Assembly: GCF_009914755.1 (NCBI RefSeq)
Contig: NC_060925.1
Source: the human T2T-CHM13v2.0 reference genome, Homo sapiens
Reading direction: 5' to 3' (one strand)
Length of the DNA stretch: 64,000 bases
The notes under the pieces are model-generated. The model searched no databases and was not told the origin of the DNA. It was given only the letters and a program-made list of their open reading frames with translations. The translations under genes and the position numbers were made by a program. Of this stretch, positions 31,860 through 51,496 are shown in pieces. The stretch's first letter is position 1. Each line of letters opens with the position of its first letter.

Positions 31860-32625
31860 CATGGGTTGAGTTGTCCAACAGCAGACCTGAGACAATGTTT
31901 AGCGTTTAGTATATTTCTAGGGTATCCCTTGGGACCAACAGCTGTGAAAAGAAGGGGAAAACAATGGAGCAGAGGGAGAAGTCAGGTTGTGATGCAGACC
32001 TGATTGCCTTAGCCAACTCCACAGGAAGCTGTAGGTGCCTGCTGGAGTTGCCTCACTTAGGGTGAACATGGCCCTCCATCAGTCACTGCATGCCAACCTT
32101 TGAGGGGATGGAGGTGGTGGCCTTAGCTAAGGCCACCTTTTTCAGGCCACCTGTTTAAGCTGCACCTCTGCAGCTAAAAGAATCCCTGAAGGGGCTGAGC
32201 CCTAGAGGCTATCTACTGTCAGAACTATAACTGGCAGAAGGACAACATGTCCTTCTGAGATGCACATCTCTGTTTCTACCACCATCTATCCCATGTGCCA
32301 CTTGGATCCACTTCAAGGAGCCAAATGCGCCACTTGAATACATTCAAGGAGCAGTTCCTCCACTGTACCAAGAGGCATCTCTTCCCAGTGAAATCTACAA
32401 TAGGGGAAGTTAATAGGAGGAACTCCACCCCTGCTTCTGCACCAGTCCCAGGGCTGCAACTGATACTCATCATCTCCTTCCTCCATTATCCGTCTGGATT
32501 CCTCCTATATCAGGGTGCAGCTCTGCTAGTCTTAGTAGCTTACCTGATGGCATGAACTAGACACTCATTTCTGAGGGACCTGAGCTCCTGGTCACCATGC
32601 CCTTATCAGGCTACATGTGCTTTTG
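31860..32625. mobile_element. Old ERVL-type LTR (LTR16-like) with adjoining internal sequence
   Basis: AGCAGACCTGAGAC...GCAGAGGGAGAAGTCAGGTTGTGATGCAG resembles the recalled LTR16 family. Confidence 0.45.
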
Positions 32626-33493
32626 TCTTCTCAGCACTTTCTATTCCTTTTGGAATCTCTCATTGGCTGACTCGCAGCCCAAATTCTCCCTCTTGACTTC
32701 AGTCCCTTCAGCATGTAGTCCCCATCCATTTTTTGTGTGTTTTTTTTTTCCTGCATTGCATCCTGAGGCAGCTCCACTTAAACTCGCTAGTTAATTCCTT
32801 TCTTTAGTCTTTCTGTCAGTTCTTCCCCATCTCCTTTTCTGTTCTATTATTAGGCATCACAGAGCTACAAAAGATCACCTGTGAGACCTAGACTCTCTTT
32901 AGAGGGTAGGAAAGACAAAAGAGTAGGGGAGTTGGGGAAATAAGCTGGCAAACAGAAAATTTTTCTTGAAAAATTGGATGGCTGGGGGAGAAGGAAGCAA
33001 AAATTCCCAGCAGGCCAGGAAGTCAACAGGAAGGCATTCTAGCTCTCTTTCAGTGATTATGTCTAGCTCAAAATATGGAGTGAATACTTGTTCAGATAAC
33101 CAAGCAGCCACTTCCCTGTTTAACAGACTACTTTGAGGGAGGGAGTCCTACACTCACCTCCCCTAGCAAAGCGGCATCATTCCTCTTTCAACCAACCATC
33201 CGTCTATCTGTATCACTGATTCAACAAATACTTATTGAGTGTCTACAATGTGCCAGTTCAGAGAATGTTCCATGATTATACAGAAGAAATTTTAAACTCC
33301 TGTTTGGACATCATCTTAATAAAGACACAAATATAATTCAACAATGTTTTTGAAAATAAGAGGAATAAGAAGTAAGGCCAAGTATCAGGACAGTACATTT
33401 AAATGTTTTCGGTTCTTCTATGGAAAACTGAAGACTTTCAGATTCAATGAACAAAACCCATGTTTTGCTAAAATAGAGTGGCATTTTAATTAA

Positions 33494-33496
<3 letters not shown>

Positions 33497-33545
<49 letters not shown>

Positions 33546-33849
33546 TTTTTGAGATGGAGACTCACTCTGTTGCCCAGGCTGGAGTGTGGTGATATGATCT
33601 TGGCTCACCACAACCTCCGCTTCCTGGGTTAAAGAGATTCTTCTGCCTCCGCCTCCCAAGTAGCTGAGATTACAGGCATGTGCCACGATGCCCTGCTAAT
33701 TGTTTTTTGTTTTTTTTTTTTGCATTTTTAGTAGAGACGGGGTTTTGCCATGTTGGCCAGTTTGGTCTCGAACTCCTGACCTCAAGTGATCCACCTGCCT
33801 TGGCTTCTCAAAGTGCTGGGATTACAGGCCTGAGACACCACACCCAGCC
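33497..33849 (-). mobile_element. AluS with (AT)n and poly(T) tail
   Basis: Dimeric Alu, reverse orientation. Confidence 0.92.
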
Positions 33850-33950
33850 AAATAGTGACATTTTAAAAGTTTAAAAATATAAAGATAAAAATCATGTAAA
33901 CATATATATGTAAATACACAAATCAAAAGTAGAAAATAATATTAATATCA

Positions 33951-34400
<450 letters not shown>

Positions 34401-34411
34401 TAACCAGGATC

Positions 34412-35360
<949 letters not shown>

Positions 35361-35904
35361 AAGACATTCATTTTATAAAATATACAGACCGTAACAATAA
35401 GAAAACAAAAATCATACCAAAACTACAAATGAAAAACAGTATTTACAAGAATTGTTTACATATTTAACAGAATATTAAATGTAGCTTTATATTAGTAAAA
35501 ATAAAACATGCCTTTAAATGTATAATTTTCTGGAGAAATATAAATGACTAAAAATTGACTCCAGAAAATAAACTGAGCAAATTAGTAATCAGTGAATAGA
35601 TTTAAGTAGAAAATCAAATACCTATTACAGATTTCTTACATTATCTCTCCACAAAGATCTAGGTTTAGCTGCTCCAACCAATGAGTTCTTCCAACAATTG
35701 AGGTAAAATAAATACTTTGACATTTAAAAAAAGACAAAATCAGCCTTAAAATGATAAATTGATAGCATATCCTAATTGCTAAGCCTTACAAACATAAAGA
35801 GAAATCATAGTAATAAATATAGATACAATATTTGTTATATAAAATTTTCAAATTGAAATCCACACAGAATATAGTCTTTTCAACAAATGATGCTGGGTCA
35901 ATTC

Positions 35905-36372
35905 AAGACACATGCACATGTATGTTTATTGCAGCACTGTTCACAATAGCAAAGACTTGGAACCAACCCAAGTGCCCATCGGTGATAGACTGGATAAAGA
36001 AAATGTGGCACATATACAACATGGAATACTACGCAGCCACAACAAAGGATGAGTTCGTGTCCTTTGCAGGGACATGGATGAAGCTGGAAACCATCATTCT
36101 TAGCAAACTAATACAGGAACAGAAAACCAAACACTGCACGTTCTCACTCATAAGTGGGAGTTGAATAATGAGAACACATGACACAAGGAGGGGAACATCA
36201 CACACTGGGGCCTGCCAGGGGGAGAGGGGCTAGGGGAGGGATAGCATTAGGAGAAATACCTAATGTAGATGATGGGTTGATGGGTGCAGCAAACCACCGT
36301 GGCACTTGTATACCTATGTAACAAACCTGTATGTTCTACACATATATCCCAGAACTTAAAGTATAAAAATAA
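35905..36372 (+). mobile_element. L1PA (intermediate age) 3' end within older L1M sequence (~35400-37575)
   Basis: ORF2 C-terminus in ORF 35832-36164; 3'UTR ending CCCAGAACTTAAAGTATAA. Confidence 0.9.
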
Positions 36373-38251
36373 TTTTTTTAAAAAGTTGACGATTTAAAAA
36401 AGAAATGACCCTTACCACCCACCACACATGAAAATCCATTCTGGATGATTGTAGATTTAACTGTGAAAAGTGTGAAAGAGAAAATAATAAATCAATTAGA
36501 AGATAATCTAAGACTATAACACAGATAATAACTTCAAGACTTTAGGATAGGTAAGGATTTGATAAATTGGGACCAAAAATGACTGTTCATAAGAAAAGAT
36601 GGATACATTGGATGTTAAAATTAAAAACTTCTTTTCAACACAAACACCATTTAGAGACTACAAAAACAAGCCACAGAGTGAGGAAAGATATTTGCAACAC
36701 ACATAACTAACAAAAGACTTGCATCCAGATAAATAATTTTTAAACTTTTACAAATTAACTATAACTAGATAAACAATGCAATAGAAAAAAGAAGGAAATA
36801 CTTGAGTGGACACTTCAGGAAAAGGATATCTGCATATTTTCAATCTTATTTGTAGTCAGAGAAATGCAAATTAAAACCTCAATGAGATACTACTACTATT
36901 TACCAAGGAGAATAACTAAAATAAAGAAGAGAGATAATCCTAACTGCTGACATGGATATGTAGCAATAGGATGTCTCTTATATTGCTGGTGGGAGTTAAA
37001 TTGGGACAATGATTTAGGAAAACTGCTTACATTATCTACTAAAGTTGAACATGTACATACCTATGACACAGATATTGCACTCCAAAGTGTATATTCAACA
37101 GAAAGGGGATCATGGTAACCAAAAATATTTCCAAGAATGCCCAGAGCAACATGATTTATAAAAATGAAAAACTAGAAACAATATATTGTGATAAATTCAT
37201 AAAGTGGAATACTATGAAGCAGTAATACTGAATGAACCACAGTTATTATATTCAATAATATAGATGAATTTCACAAACATAATATGGAGCAAAAGAAGCC
37301 AGATGCAAGATTTATACAGATGATTTCATTTATAGAAAGTTGGAAAAGAGACACAACTGAACTCCAATGTTAGAATGAGCGTAACAGTTACATTGGGGAG
37401 GAAGAAGGGAGTAGTGATGGGGAGGAGACATCAGAAGACTTCTGGATACTGGAAATATTAGTTTTTAACTTGAATAGTTTTACAGCAATGTTGATCCAAG
37501 GACAATTCATTGAGTGGTATGCATTTATGTATAGTAGAGTATTCTCTATGTATCTTAATATTCAATAAACATTAAGATACAAAAGCTCAAACTTTCACCC
37601 TATCATGGTATTTGAGAGAAAAAGACAAATAAAATTAGAATGTCTATGAATTAGAAAATTCTGAATAGAAGTAGTAAAACAGTCTATTACACTGGACCTC
37701 AGATTTGACATGCAGTAAACTACTCAGCAGACAACTGGTGATTTTCAGTTAAGTATGAGGCACAGGTATTAATGTATCCCTATGGCTACAAAAGTCAGAG
37801 ATGATTATGTGTGCTCTGTGAGATTCCATTCATTTGAACGGGTATTCAGTGGGTGGTCTCAGCAAATTCCATAACTATCAAGCATTGGAATGAGAAGTGT
37901 TTTGGTGATATGATTTACTTTGAGTTATCAATCAATTTAATCAAATTAGTCAAAGTTACTTTTGACCAGGCTTTGGAGAAATATAAACAGTGACTCTTCT
38001 GTATGGGATTGTTAGTTGATACAGGACTGAAGTTTTACCCTGATAAACAGACCTTCAGAAACTTATTCCATCAACAAAAATCTATGTGAGTGAGCACAGT
38101 TCCTGAAAATGTTCCCATCATCATCATTGGCTATGTCCCATCCTTGGGTACTGAATAAATGATGTTCTTGGAGTTCAGTAGATACAAGATTTCTGAAGAG
38201 CTAGCTGCAACTCTCTTAATGGTGTAACTCAAGGATATTAGGTTTTAGCTG

Positions 38252-38255
<4 letters not shown>

Positions 38256-38307
<52 letters not shown>
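38256..38307. repeat. (CA)n microsatellite, ~25 units
   Basis: Visible. Confidence 0.97.
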
Positions 38308-38308
<1 letters not shown>

Positions 38309-38414
38309 ATAAGGGGAAGTCCAAAGAAGAGAAAGAGGGTTGAGTGCTTTTGAACCTTTAAGGATTGATGAAGACACATTAAGCAAATGTTTAAGACTTT
38401 CTTATCCTGTTTTA

Positions 38415-39650
38415 TGCATTCAATGGATATATGTTGAGTGCCCTCCATTTCTTGTGACAGGCACTATTCTGAGTGCTAGGAATGATAGAGCAGGAACGAA
38501 AACAGATAAAAACCCGATTTCATGGAGCTTATATTTAATTGGAAGAGACAGAATAAAAAATTTTTAAAAACCTATCTTAGAAGTAATGAATGCTATGGAG
38601 AAAAATCAAAACAAGGATTAACAATTGTGGAGGGGGGGTTTCGATTTTAAATGGGGTGATCATTGAGAAGGTAACATTTGAGAAAGTACTTGAAAGAGGT
38701 AAGGAAGCATGTAAGCATGTATACACACACACGCACATATTCACACACACACAGATAGACACACCTGAAGGAAGAGCAATCCAGGCAGATGGAACAGCCA
38801 ATGGAAAGGCACTAAGTGGGGAAATGTTTGGCTTCTGTGAAAAACAGCAAGGTCAGCAAGGCTGGAGGGGAGTGGGTGGTGGATAAAATTTTAGAAGACA
38901 AGGACAATAGTCATTGCAGAGGGTCTGATCAGATACCACCTTGCAGGCCATTATAGGACTTGGGCTTTTATTCCTATTAATGTGGGAAGCTCTTGGAGGC
39001 TTTTGAGCAGAGGATAACTAACATGCTCTGACTTCTGTATTGAAAAGACTGCTTTGACTGCTACATTGAGTACAGACTAAAGTTGGCTGAAAACAGAAGC
39101 AGGGAGACCAGTTAGGAGGCAATTACAAGGCCACGTAGGAGATGAGGTGGCCTGGGCCAGGTGTTTGCTGTGAAGATACTGAGAAGGGATCAGATTCTGG
39201 ATATATTCTGAAGGTAGAGACAAAGGGTATTTAGTAGGTAGACTGTTATTTAGATAGTTTGAACAGCTAACGTGAGAATAACAGAGGAGTCAGAAATGAC
39301 TCCAAGATTTTTGGCCTGAAACACTGGGAAGATGAAGTTGTCATTTATCGAGATACGGAAAACTGCAGAAAGACCATATTTGGAGGCAAGATCAGGAGCT
39401 CAGCTGTGATCACAGTATGTCTGAGATGCCTAAAGGACACCCAGATAGACAGTTGAATAAGTTTTGAGTCAAGGGAGAATTCGGGGCTGATCCTTTAAGC
39501 ATGTGTTAATCACGCATGTATCGGGTCACTTCTTTACTCTAAACCCTCCTATTATTTCCCAGATATAAACTAGGGAGCTGTCAACATTTGGATGGTTTTT
39601 AGAGCCATGACAAAAGATGGGATTACCAAGTGAATGAAAATACCCAAAGA
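38415..39650. mobile_element. L2 fragment
   Basis: GCAGGGAGACCAGTTAGGAGGC, GATTCTGGATATATTCTGAAGGTAGAG, GACTCCAAGATTTTTGGCCTGA. Confidence 0.7.
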
Positions 39651-40859
39651 AAGACAGAAGAGGTACAAGAATAGGCCCCGGGTGACTCCAACATAATATC
39701 TCACCAGCCCTACCTATAGGGAAAAAATATCCCCCAGGGAATAGGCCAGGGCCATCTAGACTTGTAGGGTTCAAGATGCTCTTTAAGAGGTGTGAGGAAA
39801 GCTGCAGTTTGCCTTTGTGTCCATGTTGCTGGTGTTTCCATGAAACAGTAGGGGATCTCTACTACCTCATCTGGGGGTTGAGGACTGGAGTAAAGCAAAA
39901 CAAGCAGCTGTTAAATTAGGGGAAGTGACAACGCAGTGATAATCTGAAGATCCCAGGTCTTCAGATGAAAGCTCCCTCCTAAAGAGCCAGAATTTAACTT
40001 TGAGATTGGCATATATTACAACTGGTTACAGTAACATTGAACTAGGTATCTCCCAGTGGAAAGGAAAACAGAAAGATCTGTTTAACGTTGAAGCTCTGCC
40101 CCCATGTTCCTGAGAGCATACTGTGATAACTGTGACCATAGAGAAAAGAAAAAGCCAATAGCTGAAATGAATCAGGTTGTTGGGGGCCTAAGATAAGTAA
40201 GTGCAACTTGTTTACATGTAAAACATTTGTCTTGTCAATTTGGGCATTTTATCTGGAAATTATCCAAAGCAGCAATTATCTAGAGCTAGCATGCTAGACT
40301 GTTTATCCCTAGACGTGGGTGGGGGATGAGGGGATAGAATGCAGGTTTTCATGGCACTTATAGAGTTTGGGAGGTCTCTTTTTTTTGTATTTAAGAAAAA
40401 GAATACAAAATTAGGCACGGGGCTGTGGAAGTGACCTATGCGAGTGACGGCCCTAAAGCTATAGTTTTCTTAACTTCACAGAAAATCCACCTCTGACCCT
40501 AAACCCAGATGACAGAAACCTTGGGAGCAATAACTGATCACTTAATTTATCATGACCAAGTTTATCTTACAAGTGCCAGGAAGTATTCAGAGTTAGTCAA
40601 GCATCATAGGAAAACTCTCCTTTATGTCTATTTCTCACTCAAAGTTATTCAAATAAAAGGAAACATATTAAAGGCACTTAGATAAAGGAAGGCATAGTAA
40701 ATATTCTTGTTCCATGAAATACCATCTTCTAACCACCTTAACAGATGCAACAGTTGAACAATCTAGCTGTGCTCCGCTGATATTAGAAATACTGTGGTCT
40801 GAGCCAAAGGACCAGTGATGGCATCAGGAATTATGTCACTGGCTATATCCTATATATAT

Positions 40860-41053
40860 GTTTACCAGATAAAATACATGATATCCAGCTAAATTTAAAT
40901 TTCAAATATACAATAAATAATTTTTAGCAAAACTGTACCCCTACATACTTATGCATAGGACATACTTATACTAGAAAAGCACTCATTTTTCTGAAATTCA
41001 CATTTAACTTGGCATCCCATATTTTTATTTGCTAAGTTTAGTAATGCTACCTA
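40860..41053. mobile_element. MER53-like palindromic MITE
   Basis: CCAGATAAAATACATG...AAATTTAAATTTCAAAT / CTGAAATTCACATTTAACTTGGCATCC...TTTATTTGCTAA inverted arms. Confidence 0.65.
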
Positions 41054-41722
41054 CACTGATTTCTGCTTTGGGATACATAATGAGTGATAATTTGGAGAGC
41101 CTACTAAACAGAAAATCAAAGGGACAGAGGATAAATATTGTATTAGTAGGTCACATGGTTGCTTCCAACATTGGCCCTGACAGTTATCATTACTCATATA
41201 ATAATACTCAACTGTCATATCAGAATCTGCAAAAGGGGGCTGAGGGTTGTGCAGAATTTGTGCATATTTAATTGACACAAATTAAATATTAAATATTAAT
41301 TTAATTAGTAAAAACTATTCACTTTTAACTAATGAAAAGGATGGAAACGCTGCTTTTGTAAATAGGCAGCATTATTGGGAACACAATATTCTACTGCGTT
41401 CCCCATCCGTAAGTCAAACCATCTGTAAGTCCAGGACTAAGTGTTAACTGTAATTGCTTAAAGCGCAACACTGGTCAAATATGCATAAAGCAGCTAATTG
41501 TGAAATATGAGTAATGGGTCTATTTGTTCAATGGGTAAAACTCACTTATCCTCCTTTAACATAGAAAATAGGATTAAATGTAAAACTTATGTCCCAGCTC
41601 ATAGAGAAACTTACCAGAAACATGTCCAAGTACTTTGTTTACCATCCAACCCTTTTAGTTATATATCTATGAATATTAATATTGTAGTACTTCATACTTT
41701 TTAAGTATTTATAGATATACAT

Positions 41723-41761
41723 ATCGCTTCTCGGCCTTTTGGCTAAGATCAAGTGTAGTAT
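41723..41761 (+). pseudogene. 3'-truncated (tailless) U2 snRNA retropseudogene, U2 nt 1-39
   Basis: ATCGCTTCTCGGCCTTTTGGCTAAGATCAAGTGTAGTAT matches the U2 5' end; TSD AGTATTTATAGATATAC(A/G)T at 41704-41722 and 41757-41775. Confidence 0.95.
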
Positions 41762-42320
41762 TTATAGATATACGTATGTTCTTTTATTCCCTCCTCAAAA
41801 AATAATATTTTATTCATCATCCCCATTAAAAAGTATGTATTCATTTGACAGATATTTAATGGGTATCGATTATGTGCTTGGAAAACAATAGTGAACACAA
41901 CAGGAAAAGTTGGTCATTACAGAACTAACCTTCTAGTAAGAAATAAATAATATTTTAAAATAATAATAATAAAATTTCAGTTGGCAATATTGCCATGAAG
42001 ATATAAAACAGAGCAAGAGAGATAGTGGCTGCTCTTTTAGCTAGGATGGTGAAAACCCATTTGAAGTGGTAACACTTGAGTTAGACATGGAGCTTATATG
42101 ATAATGATAAACCAGCCAGTGGAAATGGGAATCGCTCGAGAAATGGAGCCACTCCTTGGAGAAGAAATGAGCTTAACAAATGAGCTGCTCATAGAACAGT
42201 AAGAACTAGATGACTGTAGCAGAATGAGAAGGGTGTGGAAAGAGCTAAGGTTCAGATGAGGCAGAAGAGGTAGACACGGCAAGGTCACATGGAGCCTTGA
42301 AGGGCATACTGAAGAGTTTG

Positions 42321-42802
<482 letters not shown>

Positions 42803-44587
42803 AAGAGTTTGTATAGTCCAGTGCAATGGGAGGGACCTGAAGGGGTTAGAGCAAGATAGTATTGTGATCCAGTGCATACTGAAAGGATCAATATGGCTAT
42901 TCAACCAAGAAAAATTGAACAGGGATCAAGGGGAGGAAGACAAAAGTAGAAGTAGACTGGAGGCCAATTGTCTAGGCAATAGATGTTGGGGCCTTGGATG
43001 TCACTGTGAAAGGGAGAGAAGTAGTCACGTCTGTTTGAAAGTAGGATCAATTGGACGTGCTGTTAAATTGGCAGTAAGAGGCAAGGGGAAAGATACATAA
43101 AGGATAACCATAGAATTTTTACCGGGAAGCTTGGTTGCTATTAACTGAGATGGGAACTGATGTTCATTAAAATTAAAACACATTCCCATAATCACACTTT
43201 AAGTACCAGAGCGAAGATTCGAATTCAGTTCTTCCTAATGCTCCAATATTTTGGGGTTGGTGAGCTGATTAATGTCTACTAGTGTGTTTACTTATTTAAA
43301 AGTCCCCCTTTTAAGCTAGAAGCTCCTCAGTGACAGAGACTTGGTGATATCTGATATCTAGTCATAGGAACCAGAGGCACATGAATAATGCTTTTTTGAG
43401 AACATTTGTAACAAGATATGACAAGTCTATCAGGCCCCATGTTTCCCATCACCCTTGGCTGATTCACCAGTTTTTTTCTTTAAGGCAGCTATAGATGCTT
43501 TCTATAGTGTTGGTTTTGAATTCTGCTATGGAAGTACAAATGTCATTTCAGAGGCCTGCAAACTTTCCCCTTCTAAGGAAGTGTATGTGTGCAATTACGA
43601 ACATATGTTAACGGAAATAAAACACATGCTAATTATTTCCCTACACGCAAAACTGTCTTGATGGAACCATCAACAGCCTTTATTTATTTGAGGAAATCTG
43701 ACGAAAGAATATCTCATCAGCTATCTCATAACATTCTGTATTTGATTACCAGTCGAAATACTCCAAACTCCACACTAGTTTTTTCTAATTTTTTTAACCC
43801 TATAGGTTTTAATACCATGCAATTCTCAACCTCTGCATGACTTTTTTCTCCTTGTAAACAATTAGGAGCCAGCTGGTTCCATGGATTTCCCAATCCTCCT
43901 GAGAATTTAAACTTAACACACCAAAAGGTTTGATTCGCCCAAGCACTACTATTACATTATTCAACTGGTTTTCTAGTCTTGGATCTTAAACAATATCTTC
44001 CTTAGAAAATCAGAAGAAATTTTCTCTTCATACTTCATATAATCCTCTTGCTCTATGTATAATACTAAGCTTTGAGGACCTCCTCAAAGCTATCTTGAAA
44101 TGATTTACCAAAATATTTGCCAACTTGCCTCTTTCTATGGCAACATATAACTCAAACTGTATCACTTTGTCAATCCCAGTTTTTCTAAGTACCTGTCAAA
44201 AAAATTCAAAGGAGTTGGAGTTAGATAGAAAAAGAAACAGATTCCCCTTGGCACCTGTTTGTGCAATGTTGAACTATGTCTGGGTACCCACTTCAATCTG
44301 AAACATTTGCATTCCTGATAAATAGGGTGAGTTTTTTCTGAGAAGGCTAATGAAAACAGAGATCTTTCTCACTCAAGATACTAACCAACTTAAAACACCC
44401 TGGCTCAAATCCCTTTCTGATAAACACCAAGATCTTATTATGTAATAAAGTTTATTGATATAGTATTAAATGGCCCATTGAGATGTAGCCTAAGGAAAAT
44501 TTCTTGGAGATTTTTATTATGGCATATCTGGTAAGAAAGTTGTTTTAAACTTGTCAGGCAAGACATTATCTAAAAGGCTCTTGATTC

Positions 44588-44893
<306 letters not shown>

Positions 44894-45314
44894 AAAAGGC
44901 TCTTTATTCAATAAACACACTTATACACACATAGAAGTGGGAGAGTGGGGGAGAGAGAAGAAAACTTCCAAAGTTACCTAGGTTTTTGTTGGACAAGATT
45001 AGATACTATAATGCTCCTCATTCTTATTATTTTTACTCCCCAAAATGAGGGGATAACAACTGAATTTTTCTCGTACACACTAAAGCCACAGTCTCAGAAA
45101 AACATATCCCACAATTTAAAGGAAGAGTGGTGATGATGGGTACAGAGGAGGAATTATCTTTCATACAATGCATTAAGATATTCCAAGTGATTTATGGATG
45201 TATTTGAGAATTAATGGATTGAAGCTCCTGAAAACTGCTAAGAGAAACTGAAAATGGAAACATTAGTTGTTCACATTAAATCTAAACATGTTTAGAGCAA
45301 GTTTAGGGACTATC

Positions 45315-46295
<981 letters not shown>

Positions 46296-47905
46296 TAAAA
46301 AGCAAAAGAATAAAGAATATATACAAAAGGGACCTGGAATCTGTAAGCTGATTCCAAAAGCGAAATAAGTAGAAAATCCGTGGTGAAACCTGAACATTCT
46401 ACCCCTGCTTTGGAGAAGGGCTATCATACAACATTCAGTCAGCTGAAGATGGATTGGTAGAGGTGTGTCGATACATAAATTTCGAGTCATTTTTGCTTGT
46501 GCAGAATCATCCCAATCTTAACAAGACTGAATGGGCAGTCCTGTGGCTTTCTTCCTTTTCCATATTCCCAACAAGGCTACTTGAAGTTCAACTCTTGATG
46601 AGCCGCTTACAACAGCAGTTCCTTAGGAGCCAACATGACAGGTGGGTCAGATTTCCCTATGAGAAACAAAACTGGCCACCTACAGCAAAATATCAAAATG
46701 GGTAAGTCCTGCCTTCCTCTTCCTCCTGATTATATACAACATATCTCCTTTCAAGACTATTATTTCCATCATGCTTATTCCTTCACAAATCTAAACCTTG
46801 AGGTGATATGAAGGAAACCAACATCAAGAAGAGAAAACTCAATTCAGAAATGAAGAAAACTGGCAGGTATACAATACACCCCCAGAGCATCTCAATATCC
46901 CTGGCACAGTACAATTCAGTGTACTGCTACAGCCCATAGATAAATATTGGCAGCTTGAATAAGCTCATTTTTTCCCTCAGGTGGTTAAAGGCCACCACAT
47001 AAATACTGGGCAACAGGGGTTTGTTGGGAGAATTAGAAATAAAAAATTAACCAAATTTTGTCCCTGTGTTAATTCAATGCCAGCAAGGAGGCAAGTACTG
47101 AAGAAGAAAAGGAACAATTTTCATACTAAAAAAGAATTCCTCTAATCATGTCACCATCTCATATAATGAATCCAGGGAATCCCAGAAATAGAAAATTAGT
47201 TTCAGGGGACCCCTGAGGCACTTTAAAGCCTTTTAAAAAATTACAGTAATAATAAATTAGATATTGCTCTTCAGAGGCCGAGCAGAGCAGCAGAAGCATC
47301 AAGATCAGGTCCAAAGAGTTATGCCCACATTACAGGCTTCCTGAGTTGCTCAGCCCTCTTTAAAGCTTAGTTGAATCTCTAAATACCTTTAAAAAGACAT
47401 ACAATTTAACACAGACTGAGTGGGTATTTTTGTTTAGTGGTAGCATAAAATTTGGCCCTTAATGGTAGCAGCTGTCTTCATCCATTTCAAACTCAGGTAA
47501 TATTAAGTACATCAAGACAATACATAAAGAATACAACAAAGGAGAAAAAAGCCAAAACTGACAAACACCTCAAGGAGTCACTAAGTTTGCTTGCACCCTT
47601 TCACTTGATCTCCCCCTCAGTCTCTTTTTTGTGGAGAGAAGGGTATGACAGAACTTTTTTCTCAAAAGATGATAAACAATGGCATCAAATGGACAAAATG
47701 GTTATAAAGTAACTTTAAAAATCTGACCCCAAGGAATCCAGGACACATACAGATAATTCAGAGGTATACTTCTGATTTGGGGCAAATTCTAGACTAAAGA
47801 AATGATCATCTCAGGTAAATGTTACAATAGATGAAACTAAGTCCAGTTTTTTGGCGATTTTTTTTTAAAGTGTCCTCACTACCACCTTCAGCTATCAATC
47901 ATTTC

Positions 47906-50341
<2,436 letters not shown>

Positions 50342-51259
50342 TCAGAAGTGGCTTCTTGAAACAAGCCACTGCTTCCTCAAAGCAAGGACCAGGCTCCAAG
50401 TCCTCGTGAAATGGGTTTAATCTTCCAAATGACAACTTGATCACAGAAATTGTCTTTAAACTGTAATCATTAGCTGGTTGCTCTCAACAGGAACGTCTGT
50501 GTCTTCACTGATTTCCAATCTATTACGCCTGTAGGTCGAACCAACACTCAATCCATGAATTAATAATAATGAGGCAGAAAAAATTTTCCTCCTCACATTG
50601 CCAAGAAAACCTCTCAGCCACAATTCAAACACAGCATGTGTTTTTAAAACATCTCCCAACTACTGGGAGATTAAGTCCATTCAAATAACCTTTGTCAGAC
50701 TGGAGACAGCTAGGGTTAGTTATCTCCTCAAAAACAAAACAAAAAAAAGAGTTCATTTAAAGATGAACTTGAGAGTCAAAGGATCATGAAAAAAAATCCA
50801 TCTTCCATAGCTGAACAATATAATCTGAAAAACAAAAAAACATCAGTTTTTCAGTAAGATCCAATTTCTGGTCTTCAAGATTTCTTCACACTTAATACTA
50901 GTCAATTTTCCAGGAATTTTTTGGGCAGGGAATATCCCCAAATCCTAAAAAGCATCACTATCTCTAGTTCCACAGCCTCCTTCTCAAGGTCCAGAACCTT
51001 GAGATGGCCTGGAAGATGTCAACAGTATAGGCCTTCCCCACAGGAATCCGCACCAATTATGGGAGTTTAGGGGTGTTCTTCATTACGGTTTCACCAATCC
51101 TACAAGGAGTACGGAAGTGTCCCTGTTGCTCTTGACTCCCACGCTGAGGGCCAGGGGTGGGAGTGTAATGAGGGTGGGGAATGGGTGTAGGATACCGGAA
51201 TAAGGTCGGTGGCTTTCTGTATGTGGAGTTTGAGACAAGCTCCAAAGTAGTGGGACCCG

Positions 51260-51496
51260 AACCGATGACACTATCCCCGACTCCCGCTTGCTGCCACGTC
51301 TTTCTTCTTGCTTGGCCGCTGCCGTCCGTCGTCCTCCCAGCAGCAGCAGCACTAGCAGAAAACCAAGACTGCCAGCATCAAAGATGGCGCCCGGCTACAG
51401 GCTGCGCTCTAAGGCCCGGCCGGTAAAAGTGCCAGCACGACGCAGGGCGCGAGGGTTCTGGAAGATGTAGTTCCTCTATGACGCGATGCCTAAGAT
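51260..51496 (-). promoter_or_regulatory. CpG-rich 5' end with YY1 and ZNF143/THAP11-like motifs (putative inherited promoter)
   Basis: AAGATGGCG at 51381-51389; minus-strand ACTACATCTTCCAGAA at 51456-51471; many intact CpGs compared with the CpG-poor surroundings. Confidence 0.55.

Noticed and set aside
41723-41761. Functional U2 gene
   Set aside because: Only 39 nt, no Sm site, and flanked by a TSD.
50456-50659. 67-aa upstream ORF in the retrogene leader
   Set aside because: Starts at TTG rather than ATG and has no recognisable features.
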